Source: Tubulanus polymorphus (taxonomy: Eukaryota; Animalia; Nemertea). From it: a stretch of 64,000 nt of DNA. Shown here one piece after another: positions 37,601 to 52,300 of the stretch (its first letter is position 1; every line of letters starts with the position of its first letter). The notes below the pieces were generated by a model. It did not search any database. It was given only the letters and a program-made list of their open reading frames with translations, and was not told the DNA's origin. The translations under genes and the position numbers were made by a program. The DNA is taken from the NCBI RefSeq assembly GCF_964204645.1, contig NC_134031.1, positions 6,882,001 through 6,946,000 of the forward strand, read 5' to 3'.

Positions 37601-40600
37601 GGCTCTTGTTTGTGTGTACACACGGCACGCGTGCATAGCATAGATTTCCGCGAAGTACTATTATGAATCAAGTCGTCTTTCATAAGTTTTTTATTCCGCG
37701 AAAAACTTCCCAGTACGTATTCGCCATAACATTCATTCATTCATACTAATAGCTGATAGCTATCGTGCTCAATGAATTATACGTATACGTTTTACGGCTA
37801 GCAATTTGCCTTAGACGTTCGAACTGACTAGATCATCTTATTATATCGGATTATCACGAGGAACGAAGAAGTACTCGCGGATCTACCATCTATATATACG
37901 TACTCAAATAGTATTCTAATGCGTTGCTGCTTGCAGACGACTTCGACATGAAATTCGAGTTCAATAGTAGGTCGAAATTCTATATACATAACTATATATA
38001 TATTCTATCTAAGACGCTCAGTACCCGGTTTGTGAACAACCCGCATAAAGCGTTTGTTTTGATCGTTAATACTTGCGAGTGATTTTCGCCCCTATTTTCC
38101 GAGAGCTTATGTAATGTTAGTTAGTAGTGCCGTGTATCTAGCGGATAATAGAAATCGATGCGATCAATAAATCGAATAATCTATGATTAGGTGTTAATGA
38201 GTAAACATAAGAAGGGGCTGCAGTTGCTTAAAAGTTGGTTAGAGTAACCGGTGGATAGTTGACATAGTGGTAATTATCTGCGGGTTATAGCCGCGATCAC
38301 ACAAGCCTTTTTGGCCCTTGCCAAATTATGCCCGGGACAACTGTTCTCACGGGTGCCAAATGGATCGGACCAAAACACGTCGGACCAGGCCCGAGCCAAA
38401 TTTTAGCATGAGACAAATGATTGCGTTTGAATTGCAACTGGTACCGGAAATGACTCACTGGCACTTAGTGATCGTGGCTTATGATTTACTTCTGAGCATC
38501 TGGTCCTAGTCATTTAAACTTTTCGGCAAAATCCCGAGGAATTTCTCGATTTCTTTCCACTGAGATATGCAGTAATATTAATTACCCACCTGGCGCTTTG
38601 CCCTTTTCATATATTTTTTCATATTATCGTGATTTTCCCATTTATTTTAGCAGACGGTATTTCGGAAAGTTTACCAGGACCCGGTTTCATAGATCTGAGT
38701 TCGACTCTGCAGTGAAAATTAGAGTCAAATGTTTTAATTCTAGAGTCAATATTTTAGTGCTAGAACTGTTGATAACTGGGTACAGAGATCAATATTGCAA
38801 GTTAGAAAAAAGGGTTATATTTCCAGAGTTGCCAACTTTTCTTGATTTTCAGTATTTGTTACTATTTTTTACCAAGAAATACTGATTTGATTTGTTTGAT
38901 GCATACAGCAATATGAAAGATGTTACTGAGGGTCTTACTGTTGATAACTGATTAATTTGAACGTTTTATTTCATATTTCGATGAAATGTCTTTGCGAAGA
39001 ATTCGATTTGTTACTGATACCACTCTTCAGAGGTTGGCAGTCCTGTCTTACCCATTTTAGCTCTATGATTAATACCGATCTCAAACCATCTGTGACTGGG
39101 CCTTGCTAAACAGCAAAAAGAACTGTTTCGATTTTTTTTGAATTTTGATGATTATATTTCCGAAATCTCGTCCACTAATTTGATCAGAGATCATTGCGGT
39201 CGGCGGCGGTCGTGGATTCAGTGTTACGCGCGGTAGTGTGTGCGTGTGTGTGTGTGTGTGTCGTTTCTTTAGTTTTCCAATCGATTTTTATTGCAGCTTT
39301 TCACAGTTTAAACAGTTTAAATGGTTTGAATCGAATCAAACGCCTCGCAGGTATCACATTCAATCCGTCTCTATACACATTCATCCCTAATAACAACTTT
39401 ATTCATAGAACTATACGCGAACGGGGAAGGCCGACTCCTCAAAAATCTGCGAGGCTAGTAAACTTCTGTTTTGTTCAGCTCCCTCACCGGTGGCGATAAA
39501 CAATAGATGTTGTAGACTGGTTGCCGGTCTCTATTCTTAATTCAGCGTTTTTCATCGATTTGTTTTAAGTCTGATACCAAATCTCGAAAAACAGTAACGT
39601 TCAATGCTCGCAGAGAAAATATAATCGAAAAATATTTCCTAGAATTTATTGTTTATCGCCACCGGTGAGGGCGCTGATCAATTTCGAAGATAGCGAAGGC
39701 GAATGTATAGCAATGTCACGGCCTTCCCTTACGCTTATAGTTCTATGCTTTATTATACCTTCACCTCCAGTGCCACAGTACGCTTCTGTGGCTAACGCGC
39801 TTCTTTATAAAGACTCGACTTTCTCTCTAACTCTCGTCACCTATTTCGATAGTTTGCCTACTCTGGCACTTGAGGTTTCGTTCATTATCATCATGGATAT
39901 ACAGCAATATTGACTTCGACGAACAATAACTAGAAAATCAATGACTAGGAAATCAATGATTTGGTCCTACGCTCAGAAAAAATTATACCTTGTTTCTCCT
40001 AATCGGCTGGGTCATTTTGTAAACTGCAATAAAACTTGAAATCAGTTCATTTCGAGCTACGGCGTCTGTTTCTAGCTACGGCGTCTGTTATTGTATGCGC
40101 TATTGTATGCTTAATCATAATTTTGTAAAAGTTAATGTACAGAGTCCAGTTTCACAAAAAAGTTTAACTAAAATTTTTGGTGTAATTGCTATTGGTTTCC
40201 TCATCTTTTCAACGAGGACAACAATTCAACTTTAACCGTTTTTGGCTTACACTTTTTCGTGAAACCGGGGGCCCAGGGGTAGATAGGAGGCTGGGTCGAC
40301 TTTAAAACTCAGCAGAAACAAGGTATCTATCGTTTTTTAGCCTTATATATATACTAGTGGAAAATATCGGTGATGAATACTAATTTGATATCTTACTATA
40401 AAGTCTGTGTTTGTATGGAAGGTCAATATTGTTGTATTCTGTAGTCTTATCTTCGCCCCTTTCTCTCCCTTTCACTGCCGGTTGGTTAATGATATCCGAT
40501 ACATGTCACCACCAAACCAGCCGGAGTTAGACGGAGACATCAGGACGAGGAGACTACCATAGTTCTAACTCTGACAAAAGAATGTCACGTTTTCAAAAGC

Positions 40601-43280
40601 AGAATCTCCTCTTCATTTTTCTCCTGATTTCTTCCTTTGTTAAGTTCTTCTCGTATCTGTTTCAATCTCTTGATGACACGAGCCGCGTAAAAGTAAGAAA
40701 AACCGCTCTTTATAGAAAATAGCATCAATCTTTACTAACTACCGGAATCGGTGGGATTCTTCATGGTTCTCGCGTTGGCGGTACCTATTCCAGGAGAAGA
40801 TGCTATAGATGTTGAGAAGTGAATCTGCTTTTGTCACTCATCTACGTCATTATCGTGTCGGTCAAGGCCATTATTGTGTATGGGTTCGAGGTCATTATCG
40901 TAACAGGTTCAAGGTCACTTCGTAAAAACTAATAATACAAATAACATTTAACCGCGAAGATTCAATCGAATTTTCCTGTGTGTCGGGTACACGTTGTTGG
41001 ATGGGATAACTTATTCACTGATCCTCACATGCCAGCAGCTCCTCCATTATCTATGTAGCTGGCTGTATAGTGATGATTATTGAGGATATGAATGTATGTA
41101 ATGTACGTTATTATTGTTCGTCCTGTTTTTGTGTTGAATTTCCAGTTTTTGATAATGTTTTCTTTTTTTGTTTCCAATGAGAACCTACCATTTATTTAGC
41201 CCGATTATACCCAATTCATTTTCATCTTAATGCTGTGTCTTACTTCATGAGCGTGGAACCAGATTAGCTAGCTATTAAGATCTTCATGGAAAATTTTCAT
41301 CCTCCATAATGTGTTCGTCAACCTGCCGTCTATTTGATTATGCCGGTTAAATAATTCCCTCGCTTAGTTTTCCGAACGGATGCAATATCAATTCTGAGGG
41401 GAATATCGGACCGGTTTGATTCGCCTTTATGTGGCTACGGACGTTCAGCGCTAGAATTATCTCCCGCCTCCTACCTGAGACATAACCAAAATAAACATTA
41501 CCTAAATATGTAGAGAATCCCGCGATAGAATGTTTCCTTGAGCTAGTAGTTTATTTCGACTGTAATTTAATCGTCGTCATCATGAATACTGAGCACTAAC
41601 TTCACTCTTACTCAGTATTCTCCTGAAAATGACTTTTAGAATATAGTTGAAACGTTGAATAGACCACCAGCTCGAGGAAACATTTTTGCACTTTATGTTA
41701 TTTTGTGGGATGTAGTGTTTCACCTGGATGGAACGAGGTATCGCATTGAAAAAACCGGTACCTGAAAATCTGAAAACTGGAAATTGGTAGTAAATTTATT
41801 TTGTTGAAGTTCGTCTGCTTTATAGCCGATAGGCAGTAACAGTCGTGTATGTTTTTAAATCTTGACCCGGTTCTTCGAGGTAAACGGGGCCGAGCGTCGA
41901 GAAAAAGCTACTCTCTCTCGAGATTCAGACATCGAAAGTGCGCAGATGCAGTAGCGAAAGAGAAGATCGTTCCACAAACTGACCTGTTCGTACAAAAACC
42001 ATGAGGAATAACAGTTTTGTTTTCGTTTCCTACATCTGATAATATTTATCCAGTTTTAAAGTCTGGTCTATTGTATCAGTATCTGCGTGTTTGTACATAC
42101 TTGTTGGAGGGATTTATCAGTAGCAAACTAACAGCTCTTCTTGCTTCGTTATCGGATAGAACTTACTCCCCTCACCCTGGTCATGTAGTAGGCTTCAAAC
42201 CCTGAAGATAATACAAAGTTTTTAGAAAAAATCATTAATCTATTTGATTTTCTGAGTTAGTTAAACTTGAAAAGACATTAATTTCGTTACGGATATATAC
42301 CATATGTTTAACCCATTCAGTACGTCTACACTGCAGTGCGGTGTATAAATTGGTGATGAACTTTGCTAGTACATCCCCTTGGGGTGTATTGGTGTTAATA
42401 ATGATTAGTTTTTATCTCTATTGAAAGATGGCAGCATTTGTTAAACATAGTGAAATATTAGTAACTAATGATACACCGCACCATGGTGTAGATACTCTAT
42501 AGTCTATAGTGGTATTCCCGTTATACAACACACTGGTGTGGAATTTTTAAAAATTCTTATTAATTAGTCAGCACTTTGATTACAGTTAAGATTGATTTGA
42601 ACTGATCTGTATAAAACGATCTTTCCAAAATTCAGGCTCCCCCTATGGTATACATTCATAGAAAGGCTTGAAACGTAGAAAGGCTTGAAACCCTGGGACC
42701 AGTTGCACAGTCATGCGATCATGTCTACTGTGCAACTGTACCCTGCAACCCTAGTAGCAAAGGATAGAAAAACGCAGTTTTATTAAAATTTTTTTGCCTT
42801 AATTATCCTTTAGAATATATCTGGATCCAGTTCTACGGTTCTGAGCAAAGATTTAATTCAAGAATTATCTCTATGAAAATTAACTTTCAGTACATAATTT
42901 AAACTCAATAGGTAATTCTAGCTCGCAACTGTGGAACTTGATCCGTATTTACAGATACGTAAACTGCAAATCATTTGTCGGCTCTTACATTGTTGTATGA
43001 AAATATCTTCGATAAGGCTAGAAAAATTGATACCTTGTTTCTCATTTCGGCTAGTAGACCCGGCCGGTCGCCTATCTACCCTGTAAATTACTTTTTTCAA
43101 AATCATGATCAAGTTAACCGTAACAGTCCTGGCAGTTATAGAAATGAACTGGTTACATATTTTATTACATTTACAAAATGACCCAGCCGATTATGAGAAA
43201 CAAGGTATCTTTTTTTGCCTAAAATTGTTATCAGTATCAAAATGGGTTTCAGTTACAGTTTGGATTGATTAACGATGATT

Positions 43281-43317
<37 letters not shown>

Positions 43318-46300
43318 ATTGAACGTATCTCAATATACGACACAACACATCTGTTCTGTAAAAAACCTTGTGATAAATCTCGGCTAATTCGTTACTTTTT
43401 TCGTTTCAGCTTATCAATTACTTAATTACAACCCATACAACGCTATGCGCGTCTATTGAGCATGTAGTCATTGGTTACTAACCGAATAGAAATCACTACT
43501 GGCGCCCCCTATGTATAAATCCTATAACCATGAAATAATCATACCATTAATATGTAAATAATGATTATCGTTCTCCGCCGACATGTTCGAAATATCAAAT
43601 CGGAAATATCGAATAATTCGGGCTTATTCAAGGCCAATCAGGCTAATGCTGTAACCCTTGCCCAGTTTAAAAACTGGTGTTACCTTTAACCCGGGGTTAA
43701 CTCAATTGAAAATGAATTCTGTTAACCCGGGTTAAAGATACTACCAGTCCATAGAACTGGGCCCTGGGTCTCAGTAGTGGTCTGGTGTGCGTGCATCCGC
43801 GAGTCAGGTTTCCCAAGAAACCTGCCGGCAGCAATGGGCCGGATGTTTCCACGGTGTTGAACGCGGTTTTCATGTCGGACTTCAACCCGGGAACCGGCAC
43901 CAGTTGCGCGGACTATGAATTACAAATGACCCGCTGTCGATGATTTCAATTCTAGACCGGGGTCCAGGGGTGAATAACTACCCAACGTAACGATGGTAAA
44001 ATGACGAAGGTTTGAATTCATGAATTGTTTTTTTCTTCTTTTTTTTGTGTAGAATCTGCGCGTAGATCGGGTCGTAAGACTTTGAACCGCGACATGATCA
44101 GCGGACCACAGAACGATCTGCGACACACCGGGCATATCGGATACGACGGTGCCATGTTCGGCGATATCGCGTTCATCGGAGACAACTACGATAAACTACC
44201 GATGGGCGTTAATTCATCTAGTAAGTCATTTCGTCCTCCTATTTTTACGGCGACAGAATCTGACTTTTATCGTTCTTACTCTACCTGTGTGTAGCCACAA
44301 TCACGCGTAGGCGATTTGGCCCGTATCTGACCAGAGTCAAATTTTGTCCCTGCCTAATTAGGTTCAGATGTAAACCACTCACTCGATAATTAGGTTCAGG
44401 CCGTTTTTGGTTGGGCCAATAAATTTCGTCCGGGCCAAAAGTGCTTGTGTGATCGCAGCTTACATCTGCTGGACTCAGTTCCGCAGTTCATTTTCAAATA
44501 GTCGGCTCTTGCAGTCAGATTTATGGGCCAATTTTAGGAGTTATTTTCTCGTTTAAAAGGGGTCACAGATAGATGTGAAAAACATGTAAAATCTGGAAAA
44601 TTAAGCGCAAAAATGTGAATAACTTAAATTTTGTTATGAAAAAATGTTTAACCCATTAGCACTCAAGCTGCCTGTATCCACCCTGCCTATTACTCCTCGA
44701 GCCACCCGAATCCGCCCGGCAATTTTTTCGTATGCTGCGCAAAAACGGCTATAGTGGGATTCGAACCCAATAGCTTATGATAAACTGCACACCTAAGTCC
44801 TTGAAATACCAAACAGAAATCAGCATCTTCCTATTTCAATTTCTCGAGTATTTCGAGTATACATGACACATCTGAGTGCTCACTTCGAATCCCAGTAAGT
44901 TCGGATGAATTTCGGCGGCCATAATGACACGATTTTGGTGGCCCACCTCATCAAATCATACATCATATGAAAGCCTTGACTATTTACTACAAAATAACAC
45001 TAACTTGTAATGCATGGAAATAAACAAGAAATGAGCTATTCGGTATCGTGATGAACTTGGATTTGACCTTGAATTTTCTGAGGAGTAATTGACACTACAT
45101 AGTGCAATTCCTGAGTGCTAATGGGTTAAAAAAGACATTTAAAAGGAGATGAATACATCAACCTGCTTGCCCTGCCTGATAAGACTGGGAAAACTGTTCC
45201 ATTAAAACAGGAGCTACTTCAAATAATCTAAGACCATTTTGTACCATTTTGCACAATGGACATTAAGGACACCTTGGACCGATGACCATAATTTTCATGA
45301 TCGTTCATCATTACTAATATGTACTATGATTGGTCTTTAAGGTTGTTATGCTTATGCTAGGGGTTTCAGTTGAAGAACTTATGATCACTTTTCTTTTTAG
45401 AAAAAGGTACAATGGCGATGAACGGATCGTTGATATCGTTACCGCAGAATATGGACAGCAGTTCTAGTTCGCCTTCGCCGATACATCTAAATACGTTGAG
45501 TTCGTCTGAAGTGATTCTTCGACGCGATAGCGATGAGGGGAAGTAAGTACGCGAGTATCTCGCTATGAATAATTCCCGGGTGATGATTATAAAGAACTGG
45601 CATGATTCCCACAGAACAGGGAAATTGGGAAAAACTTGGGAATTTTAATATAATAATTCCCGATTTGGAAATATTTGGGAATTTGAAAGATTTTCCTCAA
45701 ACCAGGGAAATAGTTGGGAAATTCATTACTTTTCACATATTGCATTTGCCAAGGGCAATTTTCTTCAGCAATCCCTTGAAAATCACCTTTATCGACCAGT
45801 CACTGCTAAAATGTTGACTGTAGCATGACGATATGTGTGCATTTCCATTTGGGAAAATTGAAAAATCACCCATGAAATACTAGGGAAAAACTTGGGCATT
45901 TTGAATTCATATAACTGTGGGAACCATGAACTGTATATAAAATGTACGTTATGTGAATAGCCTATAACTGTTGTTATCGATGGGTCCCTAAGATTTCTTG
46001 ATTCCTTAACAACTCCTTCTCTAAACGGAAAACGCTTGTAAAGGTGCTTGAAACTCCTTTAATTTGAGCAAAATTCCTTCAATTTTGAGAAATGAACAAA
46101 TAGACAATTAGAAATTTGTCTAGTTGTACAGTATTCTATGTCTAAGTCGGTATGGTTGGGATTTGTTTTTACCCAATTAGGCGGTTGCTAAATTAGAAAT
46201 TGAGTTTATGTACCGGGTAGTCTTAAGGAAAGAAATTTGCTTACAAAAGGAGAAGTTTAGATGAATTGATTTAGAGGGGTTTACATTTAGGAGGAGTCAC

Positions 46301-49300
46301 AGTAATTGGGATATGAAAGTGATGCAGACACTACCTTGAAATTTGAGATCTCTCCTTCCAAACTCCTTATATGCAGGAATCACTGATCTGTAGGCACCCT
46401 GATAGATAACTTGCATCGGTGTCTGCCATTGTAGCCATAATTCAGTACCGATGGCAGAATACGTACTTGTATTTGGAACATATAGCAAACTGTGCAACTA
46501 AAGATTTCAGAAGAATTTTATTATTCAACAAATGTTTGAAAAAATTCTCATAGTTATCACTCAAAATGGCCGCTTAGGAACACTAAGCTGACAACTACTT
46601 CTATGATGCTATTTCTCGAACCCTTTTGAACCTTTGGTTTACGTATGCCGTCGCTGTTGAGTGACTGCAATGGTGCCGATTCCTATGAACACAAACTGTT
46701 CAAGACATGTGCGCTTCAGTGCATGTTAAGAACTATCAATTCCTGCCAAAAACTATTTTTGATGGTCGATTTTGCTGATCCTCAGTTTTATGGCATAAAC
46801 ATAGGATCACCTACATTTATGACATTTCAACGGAGATTCCTCGGCAACGGGATTCCCTATGCACCAGGAATTATCACTTAAATTGTTCGGAAGTTCACCC
46901 ACCTTTGGCGTTACGGTTGGGTATAATGCAGAAACTATTTATATTACAGATGGAGTGATACATTGACGGATGTAAGTAGTTCATTAAGTGTTAATACGCT
47001 GACGGGAGATGATTCAGATTCTACTGCGCTCCTTGGTGGTGGACGCAAAACTCCGACCTACGAAGAAATGGAAGACGATTTCGATTTTGGCGATTTTAAA
47101 GTTCCCGATATGTCTATGGTACGGGACCTTCCTATTAAATTGTGAATCCTGTTTCACTTTATTTATGATGGATTTAAGTTTTATTTTCTTTTTACTGTAG
47201 CCATCGAGTGCATTTGATTTGGGTCCTTCATTTATGGATGAAGTGTTCAAAGCGTTATCTGATAACACGCCGACCGATGAGCCGGAAAAACCATCTACAT
47301 CTCGACAAATCAGTCACTCATCATGTAAGTAATGCCCTAATCTGTCAGTAACTCCTCCCTATGTGTCAGTAGCTCTTCCTGATCTGTCAGAAAACTCTTT
47401 CCAATCTGTCAGTAACTCTTCCTGATCTATCAGTAACTCCTCCCAGTCTATCAGTAACTCCTCCCAGTCTTGCAATAACTCTTCCCAGTCTGTCAGAATA
47501 CCTCCCAGTCTGTCAGTAACACCTCCCAATCTGTCAGTCACCCCTCCCAATCTGTGAGTAACTCCTCCCAGTCTGTCATTAACTCCTCCCAGTCTATCAG
47601 TAACTCCTCCCAGTCTATCAGTAACTCCTCCCAGTCTATCAGTAACTCCTCCAGTCTATCAGTAACTCCTCCCAGTCTTGCAATAACTGCTCTCAGTCTG
47701 TCAGAATAACTCCCAGTCTGTCAGTAACACCTCCCAATCTGTCAGTCACCCCTCCCAATCTGTCAGTAATTCCTTCCAATCTATCCATAACACGGAGTAC
47801 CCAGTCAAATAGATTCAGAACCCAGAGTAAAATTCTAACCAAGAGCAACAGAACTGCATCTTCAGTTATCTAACATGAACAACTACCGATACCTCAATTT
47901 TTGACGCTGGTTATATTTCGTAAATTACTGATTGCTGATAACTGTATAATTCAACTCGTCGTATGATGACGCGTTTATTTGTAGATGAAGCTGACAAAAG
48001 CGAACCGTCGTCTCCGGTGAAAGATCTTTCCCCACCGATAAACGGACACGAACCTCACAGTCGTCTGAAAAAACTCAAACAAAAACTTGTAAGTTTCTCA
48101 TCAAAAACGAGTGCTGTAACTCTACCAGCGATACAGTGGCAACCAACGATTCCACTTGGTTGTGAAGTTTGCTATTAGTTAGTTATTCGTCTGCACTTCG
48201 ATTTTGTCTACGAATTGTGAATTAAAATTAAATGAACTTTCACTTCTGAACGAATGAATTTACGATGAAACCGAAAATTATCGGTATACCGAGCAATGAG
48301 AAGAAAATTTTCTTCTGAGGCCAATGTCATAATATTTGGATTCATTAGTTGCAAAATCTGGTTTTGTGTGAAGCAGTTTAGATTCAGGGGCCGATCAACG
48401 GTCTGATTCAGAGAGGGGTGCACCCCAAAAAAACTCATCAGAAACTATCAACTAATTTTTGGATAAACAGTGAGAAAAGCTTATGGTTTTAAACTTTAGG
48501 TATCAGTTTAGGTATATTTCAGTTTGCCGTGAAATTTCTGGGCAACTTGACAGATTTTTTTTGGGGGGTGTACCCCCTGCACCCTCCTGTTGGATCCCCC
48601 CTGTGTCTATTCTCAGGCTGTTAGTCACCCCATCTGGTCAGATAGCGTCTCTTTTTTTGAGATCGAGTGAACCTTGATTGATAAACAATGTGTCTTTGTT
48701 TTAGGGTAAAAGTAACGGCGAACGTATCGACGATGGCATCCCTATAAAACCGATGTCGGCAGCCGATGAACGGGAGATCGACCACGCGATCGCGTTGGCT
48801 AACGAACTCGATCCGATCGGACACCGCGAGAGGGCGCTACTGTCTCCGCCGTCGCGTACCGACTCAGAAAGCGGCGGCGAATCGCCGAAATCGAAGAGCA
48901 ACATCTCGTTGAAATTCCCATCGTTGAAAAAATCGAATCGTCCCGATCGGCCGAGTTTCTCGGATGAGTTTTCCGCCAAAACCGACGAGGACGTTCCGAT
49001 CGAAGCGCAGGAGGCGTACAACCTGTTGGTGGCGCGCGGGCGCGAGAGCTCGCCGGCGGCTCTGGAAAAACAACTGAAACCTCGCAGTCGCAATTCGGAC
49101 AGTTTGAGCGCGAGTGACGTCGACACGCAGAGCAACTCGTCGACGGAGAATCGCGGCGTTCGCGGCTTGCAACAATCGGCACGACTAAGTCCTCGCGTGG
49201 ACAGCAGTTCCGACAGCGGTCGGTCGAACTCGCGTAGCCCGATGACCGTTCAAACGGTGGAACACGCCGCGAAGCCGACGGAAACGTTTGGCAAAGTCGC

Positions 49301-52300
49301 CGACGGCAAGAGTTTCATATCGGCGCCGATCGAAACAAAATTCGAAGGACGAATGATCGGACGAACGGATTTAAAACCGATCGGTCAAGCGCGTACGGAG
49401 GCGCGGATCCGCGCGGCCGGAGCGTTGTCGGCGTCGCGACGACCGGTGCCCGACCCGAGCGGGGAAAACAGGTCGGCCGGCGCAGCCGAACCGACTGAAG
49501 AAGAGCGAAATCCGTTGCGTATGCTACGCAGCGGGAACACGGTGTTCAAACCGTCGACGATCGGGCGAGGCGCCACGCGGAAATATTCGTACGACGAACA
49601 GACTCGGACGTCGTCTGCTGCGTCGTCGTATCCGCGGAAATATTCAGGACAATCGGCGTTTCGTACGTCGGCGTCGGTGGCGGACGACGGTAACGACAAC
49701 CCGTTACCGCTGCCGCCGCGCGATCGCAGCCGACCGGCGATGTTCACCAGCAAACCGCGACAACGGAAGTACCCACTGGCGAACGAACGATCGAACGAAG
49801 CGGAACCGCAGCAGACGTTGCGACAAAACGGCGATAATTCGCAGCACAATGCGTCGTCGTCGGCAACTGCGGCGCCGACGTCGTCGGAAAAATCGCAGTC
49901 GTCGCCGAATTCGCTCGGTAATTTCAGCGCCGAACAATTAGGATTCTTGGACGACTTGGATTCGTTTTGGACGGACGAGGTGAAGTTCGACGGACAAAGT
50001 TACGAGGATCTAGTCGATTTTTCGTTAGATAAGTAAGTTTCATACGTTATGCATCGGTCGTGCGTAACTTTCTTTTTCGCATGAAATCTCGGCGCGGTAA
50101 CTACTTAACCAACTAGGTTGTTTTTATTTTTCGTTGCTTCGATATCGTTTTTGGCTAGATAAGCTTCTTGATGTATTCAATGATTTCATCTTTACTTTTT
50201 TTTAATCGAAATGAAAATCTGAAAATGTCAGGTTTCAGTAATAACTGTAAAGAAATCTTTGAAAATCATGTTTTTTTTATGCTAGTACATTTATTTCAAG
50301 TGTATTTCTAACGTAATTTCTACAAAAATTGTTTTGTTGAAGATTTTGAGGTCGTAGAGACTACGATTTCGCTAAATTCTTTAAAATGCATGGAACAGTC
50401 GATTAAATCTCCCAATAAAAACTAATCGGGTTATGAAGATTGAGTATTGAGTTATGTGTTTGTCTTATAGAAACGACCAGACTGATGAGGTTAGATTAAT
50501 GCAAAGAGTTTTAGGAAACGAGGTATGTATCCGTATATGAAAAAACCTCTCGTCATATTTAGCACTCTTACACCACCCCTTTGTATTTGTCCTTAAGAAC
50601 TACCGGTAGTAGCCGCGCGTTAAAAAAACGTTTGAAACTGTCAGAATGTATATATCCATCTCAGCCATCTAGATTCTTCCGTGGATCGTTAAATGTCTGA
50701 ATAGCTTAGGCATGTAATTTGCGCACTGTTTGAACGTTTGAAGAGGCCGGTCAGAGGCATTCGAAACCTGGTGGACATGTATGCATACGTAGTTCGACCA
50801 GGGCCGGAAATTCCTATTCTCACTGTCTAGAATTCTTTCTAAAAACAAAAGTTGAAAAAACTTCATCTTAGACCAAAGGTATTTCGATGAACCGGCGCTA
50901 TTATGCATGCATTCTGCCTTAAGTTCCGTATACTGTTGCCTAATTATGTTCATCCCCCTCCTGCAAGAGACAGTGTCCGTTGAGAATTCTGTTTCGTTAA
51001 AAAATAACATGCGCACCCCTTATCGATTAAAAAACATGGATTTAAAATCAGTGTTGCACGCAATAACTTGAGAAGTAATTGACCAATTTGAAGAAAGTCT
51101 CACTCGCCAGTGCTCGAATGTCGATTTACAAGAAAAAAACCGAAGCGATTCTAGAGAAAAAAATTTGCGAGCATCTTGTAGTTTACACGGATACTATGCA
51201 CACCACTGCGTATATTCTTCATATGTTTATTTCGGATTTGTTTTTTGTTTTTTATTTCTTGCAATGCCAGAAATGATTATGTCAGTCTCAGTGATTAGTA
51301 AGTCTCCTATCCGATTCATATCTTAAGCATGTATATCAATTACTACTACTACTAGCGCTACCTATATTTCTCTCTGCACGTCGGGTTTTTTTTTTTTTCG
51401 TAGAAGAGGAAAATCTAGCTTTTTATGTGCCGATTAATACGTCGAAAATCATCCCTCCATTTTTTTTCCGTCCGATTCGTAGGAAACTCCTGTTATTGTG
51501 TCCAACACTGTTCTTATATCCATGTGCACCTATCCTTACCTATTGTGCAGTCATGATCCGAGGTTGATACCAGTACGGACGAGTGGGGACACAAATTTAA
51601 CCGATGATATTTCGAGACGTAGTTACACAGCTCGGGAGTTCAATTTGACACCATGAAAATTAATTAATTTTGGTTCTAAGGGTAGAATCGAACTCTGTGC
51701 TTACACATACAAATAGTTTAAGTTGATGGAAATCCAACTCGCAACTGTGCAAATGAGCTTTCACGTGCGAATAGTTAAAGTTCATGAAAATCCAGCTCGC
51801 AACTGTGGAATTGAGCTTTCACGTACAAATAGTTTAAGTTCATGAAAATCAAACTCGCATTTGTGGAACTGAGCTGTCACAAATAGTTTAATTTGATGAA
51901 AATTTAGGTGTACTTCAAGAACGCCCCTAACTCTTAATCCATAAACACCCACTTTATGTCTTCGTTCATTTCTTTTCTTTGCAATGTGTAGAATTTCATT
52001 TCAATCATCTTTATTTCAATGACCTCGGACACAGTTTCTCGGTACTCGCCATAGTGGTATAGACATGTTTGGAGAATTGATATCTGCTTAACAATTAACA
52101 ATTAACTTAGCAATTTAAATTGTCCTTGATTGAATATGCAGGGCCCAGCTTCACGAAAGTGTTGTTAAAGTGAAATGATTAAGTATGAATCATCTATTGT
52201 ACTGGCTAATAGATACCCAAAAGTGCTGGAGAAAAATTCCACTCCAGTGTGTTGAATAGCGGGCATACCGCTTTAGTGCGTCTACACCGCGATGAGTTGT

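Noticed and set aside
47359-47550. Minus-strand ORF with WEELLID heptads resembling a coiled coil
   Set aside because: Produced by a 21-bp minisatellite; no splice or start context, and indels break the frame.
48621-49937. Several long antisense ORFs (up to 154 aa)
   Set aside because: Shadows of the GC/CpG-rich Ack-like exon 15; no independent features.
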